DNA from: an uncultured delta proteobacterium
Lineage (GTDB): Bacteria > Myxococcota_A > Polyangia > Polyangiales > JAFGIB01
Length of the DNA: 64,000 nucleotides
Direction: 5' to 3'
Assembly: GCA_963778655.1 (NCBI GenBank)
Contig: CAVZVA010000009.1
Location: forward strand, 160,001-224,000
How positions within the stretch are numbered: the first letter of the stretch is position 1; every line of letters begins with the position of its first letter. The translations under genes and the position numbers were made by a program. The notes beneath the pieces were generated by a model. That model saw only the letters and a program-made list of their open reading frames with translations, was not told the origin of the DNA and did no database searches. Shown piece after piece: positions 60,865-64,000 of this stretch.

Positions 60865-61299
60865 TCACGACGGTCTTGGCTCGGCGAGCAGCTCGGTCAG
60901 AGCCTGCTCGACTCGAGCAAACTCGACGGGCTTCTGCAGCACGCACGCGTTGGGCTGGAGAGCGCCGAGAACGTCGTCGTTGATCTCCCAAGCGGTCACG
61001 TAGAGCGCGCAAGGAAGCGTGCCTTGGATCTCGCGGATCTGCTCGACCAGGCTGCTCCCGTCGGCATCCCGTAGGCGCACCTCGGTCAAAACAACGTCCA
61101 CGACCCGATTGGCCTCCCGGCACAGGCGCAGCGCATCGCGGGCATTGCTGCTCGACAATGCGCCGTAACCGGAGATGCGCAGCAGCTCGACGTATGCATC
61201 GCGCGCGAAGGCATCACCCTCGACCACGAGGACTGTGCGTTGCTCTGGGACCGTCGCGTTCGCGCTCACCGGCCGACCTACTGCTGTGCGAGCACTCAC
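60865..61299 (-). CDS. Stand-alone atypical receiver domain
   Basis: VLVVEGD, DVVLTEVRL, DG, YVTA, LQKPV; acceptor Asp position is Glu. Confidence 0.75.
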   Translation of the reverse strand: MSARTAVGRPVSANATVPEQRTVLVVEGDAFARDAYVELLRISGYGALSSSNARDALRLCREANRVVDVVLTEVRLRDADGSSLVEQIREIQGTLPCALYVTAWEINDDVLGALQPNACVLQKPVEFARVEQALTELLAEPRPS

Positions 61300-61532
61300 G
61301 CTGGTGCTCGGATCAGATGACTGTGAAGGGTCACACTAGCTTCCGCCGCAGGTCCGCGCGAGGGGCTTAGCCCCGACTTCTGTAGGGCAAACGCCTTACC
61401 TCGCGAGTGCGCCGGCAACCGAGCGCGCAGGGTACTCCGTGCGTTCCCTACCTTCGCAGGCGGCGTCGAGCCCCGGCCCTCGGACGCGCCGAGGCGTTCG
61501 AAGCGCGCTTGGCGCTCCCCGGTCGCTTGCGC

Positions 61533-63812
61533 TCACTTCGCGGGCGGGGCGCTGGCCGCGGCCGGCTTGTGCGTGGCCGGCTTGTGGGCGGGGTGCTTGC
61601 GCGCCGCGTGTCTCTTGGCCTTGGCGGGGGGCGCAGCGTTAGGCCCGTAGATCACCTGCGAGATGCGCTGCCGCCCGGCGCGCGTGGCGGCAAAGCGTGC
61701 CTCGCGCACGATCGGCTCCATGCAGGCCTGCAGCGTGGTCGGGGTCACGAAGATGCCCTCGACGCGGCCCTCGCCCTGCACCACCATCGAGATGCGCCCG
61801 CTGCGCGGTTTGCTCGGATCGGCGGCGACGCAGGCCGACAGCGCCTTGTGCACGGGCCACAGCCCGGCGCGCACCATCTCCGGCGTCAGCGCGTAGGGCC
61901 GCGGGTCGGTGACCTGCTGCTCGGCTTCCGGCTCGGGTTCCGCCTTCGGGGTCGGGTCCTGCTTGGCCGATGCGCTGGGGGTGGGCTTGGCGTCGAGCAG
62001 CGCGAGCGCCTCGGCGGCCTTGTCGCGCAGTCCTTGCGGTGTAAGCGCGTCCTGGGCAACGTCTTGCAGGCTCGCGCGGGAGCTGCGCGCGTGTAGCGCG
62101 CCGAGCGCGTGCACCGCAGCGTAGAGCGCGGGCTGCACCTCCGAGCCGGCCGGCTCGGCGTGGTGCAGGCGCACGAAGCGCTCGATCGCGCTGCCCGCCG
62201 CGTGATGGTCAAGCTTCTCGAGCGCGTCGAACAGCGCCGCCAGATCGCGCGCCGAGGTGTTCGGGTCCTCCATCTGGCTCACCAGCAGCGGGCCCGCCTT
62301 CTGCAGCTTCATTAGCGCGGCGGCCTTGGCCAGCGCCCCGACCGGGGGTGCAGTGGTGTTGTCGAGGAACGAGGCGCGCCGGGCGAGCGCGCGCAGCACC
62401 TCGTTGCCGCCGTTCTCGCGTCCCGCCAGATGCTTGCAGGCCGCGGATTGCACCGGCTCCGGGCTCTTGCGGTTGGAGCACAGCTCGATCAAGTGCGCGG
62501 TGACCGCGGCGTCGGGGATCAGCGCCAAGTGCTCGACCGCGTACGCGCGCCCGGCGCTCAGCCGGTCGTCCTCGAGCGCGGCAGCCGCGAACAGCTGCTC
62601 GCGCAGCGTCGGCAGCGGCGCCTCGCCCGCGCTGCCCTTGCGGGCCGCCATGCTGGCGCTGCTGACAGTCGCGGGCGCGCCCGCCCCCGGGCTGGCCGCC
62701 GCCGGAATCCACGCGCCGGGTCGGATCGTCACCACCTGCACCGGCCGGCCGAGGTCGCGCTGCATGCGCGTCTCACCCGCCAGATCCACGAAGCGCAGCA
62801 CACCCGCGCTGTCGGCCACGAACCAGCCGCCGGGCTGAGTCGCCGCGCCCACCAGATCGTGATCGAAGGTGCGTACCCAGTGGATCTCGTCTTTTTGCGC
62901 GTCGAGCGCGAACAGCAGGCGATAGAAGCGCAGCAGCAGCGTGCCGTTTTCCGCGCCCAGGACGCCGTCGTGCTCGCCGATGCGGAACTCGAGCTGCAAG
63001 CGGTGGTAGGCGTTCTCCGGCTCGGGCACGGCGGTGTAGCCGTCGCGTAGGAAGGGCGGCTGTCCCGGCAGCTCGCGGCGCAACGGCGCGTAGCCGGGAT
63101 TGGCTTTGTCGGGCTGCTCGAGCAGCGTCTGGTCCACGCGCATCAGCGCGTGCTGACCCACGTAGACGTGCCCGTGATCGACCAAGGCCTGGCCGAGCAC
63201 GGTTTTGTTGAAGTGCCAGCGCGTCAGCTCGGCGCCGTTCTTTGCGCTCAGCGCGGACAGCCGCTGCGTCGCCCACGGCACCAGCACGTAGTCGCCGGCC
63301 AGCGCGGGTACGCCCACCGGCAGCTTGAGCGGCTGCTTCCAGCGCACGCGGTTGCCGTCGACGTAGGCGACGGCGCCGCGCGGGTCGCCGTCTCCATAAC
63401 TGATCGCGACGACCACCGACCGACCCTGGCCGTCGGCACCGACCAGATCGCCGGTCTCGTCGACCACCGCGCGTACCTCGCCGCTGCCGAGGTCGCGCAC
63501 CACGATCCCCGCGCCTTCGCGCAGCACGACGGCGTTCCCCGCCACCAGCGGCGCGCTCTTGGCGTGTACCGGCCGCTCCCACAGCAGCCCAGCGCTCAGG
63601 TCGAACGCGAACAGCCGCTGGGGGTCGGAGGTGACGCCCACCGCCACCGGGCGCTCGTCGCGTGGCGGCTGCTGCGTGAGCTGGCCCAGCACCACGCGTT
63701 CGGTAGGCGCGACAGGCGGCTTGAACACCGGCTGAAACGAGGCCGGCCCGCAGCCCAGCACCCACAGCGGCAGCGCCGCGATCAGCCAGCTCGAAACGGC
63801 AACGCGCATCAT
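61533..63812 (-). CDS. PQQ-like beta-propeller lipoprotein with helical (HEAT-like) region
   Basis: VLG-C; LFAFDL..GLLWE, RWKQ, ALSAKNGAELTRW, ALDA..IHWV repeats. Confidence 0.75.
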   Translation of the reverse strand: MMRVAVSSWLIAALPLWVLGCGPASFQPVFKPPVAPTERVVLGQLTQQPPRDERPVAVGVTSDPQRLFAFDLSAGLLWERPVHAKSAPLVAGNAVVLREGAGIVVRDLGSGEVRAVVDETGDLVGADGQGRSVVVAISYGDGDPRGAVAYVDGNRVRWKQPLKLPVGVPALAGDYVLVPWATQRLSALSAKNGAELTRWHFNKTVLGQALVDHGHVYVGQHALMRVDQTLLEQPDKANPGYAPLRRELPGQPPFLRDGYTAVPEPENAYHRLQLEFRIGEHDGVLGAENGTLLLRFYRLLFALDAQKDEIHWVRTFDHDLVGAATQPGGWFVADSAGVLRFVDLAGETRMQRDLGRPVQVVTIRPGAWIPAAASPGAGAPATVSSASMAARKGSAGEAPLPTLREQLFAAAALEDDRLSAGRAYAVEHLALIPDAAVTAHLIELCSNRKSPEPVQSAACKHLAGRENGGNEVLRALARRASFLDNTTAPPVGALAKAAALMKLQKAGPLLVSQMEDPNTSARDLAALFDALEKLDHHAAGSAIERFVRLHHAEPAGSEVQPALYAAVHALGALHARSSRASLQDVAQDALTPQGLRDKAAEALALLDAKPTPSASAKQDPTPKAEPEPEAEQQVTDPRPYALTPEMVRAGLWPVHKALSACVAADPSKPRSGRISMVVQGEGRVEGIFVTPTTLQACMEPIVREARFAATRAGRQRISQVIYGPNAAPPAKAKRHAARKHPAHKPATHKPAAASAPPAK

Positions 63813-64000
63813 GGCTTGTCTCCCGCCACCCCGGCTGTCCCTGCGGCGGTCGCTTTGCTCGCCGCCGGCGTGACCCCGCCCGCGGCCGCAGTCGGGGTCT
63901 TGCCCGCAGGCTTCGCCGCGCTCGTGGTTGTAGCCGTAGTCGTAGCCGGCGCCTTGTGCGCGGGCGCCACGCGGGCGGCGGGCGTGGCGCTCGCCGCCCG
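63809..64000 (-). CDS. Ala/Thr/Pro-rich C-terminal tail of a gene starting beyond the window
   Basis: Open frame RAASATPAARVAPAHKAPATTT...GDKP* with ATGA overlap to the next gene. Confidence 0.55.
   Translation of the reverse strand, partial: RAASATPAARVAPAHKAPATTTATTTSAAKPAGKTPTAAAGGVTPAASKATAAGTAGVAGDKP

Overview
High-GC bacterial chromosomal window; MYXO-CTERM tail, Cys-rich lipoproteins, ECF/FecR cassette and Ser/Thr kinase point to Myxococcota (inference). About 50 CDSs; I saw no rRNA, tRNA, CRISPR array or transposase. The core is a ~14 kb phosphate/polyphosphate locus: ppx, ppk1, CHAD, sixA, pstSCAB, a porin carrying a 1-nt frameshift, and phoB. Four promoters there carry Pho-box-like 11-bp direct repeats. 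Its PhoU is fused to an ArsC/LMW-PTP domain, the best candidate for an undescribed system (arsenate handling or dephosphorylation at the Pst transporter). Also present: a CusCBA-type Cu/Ag efflux operon with a cupredoxin and a Cys-rich upstream ORF; an OMP-ECF sigma-FecR-TolB-like cassette; two copies of a 193-bp structured repeat that each supply a TAA stop codon; an unlisted 58-aa CxxC/CxxC ORF; and an internally deleted MmcQ/YjbR-like remnant. Family names come from motif recognition only, with no database search. Many start codons are my best estimate.
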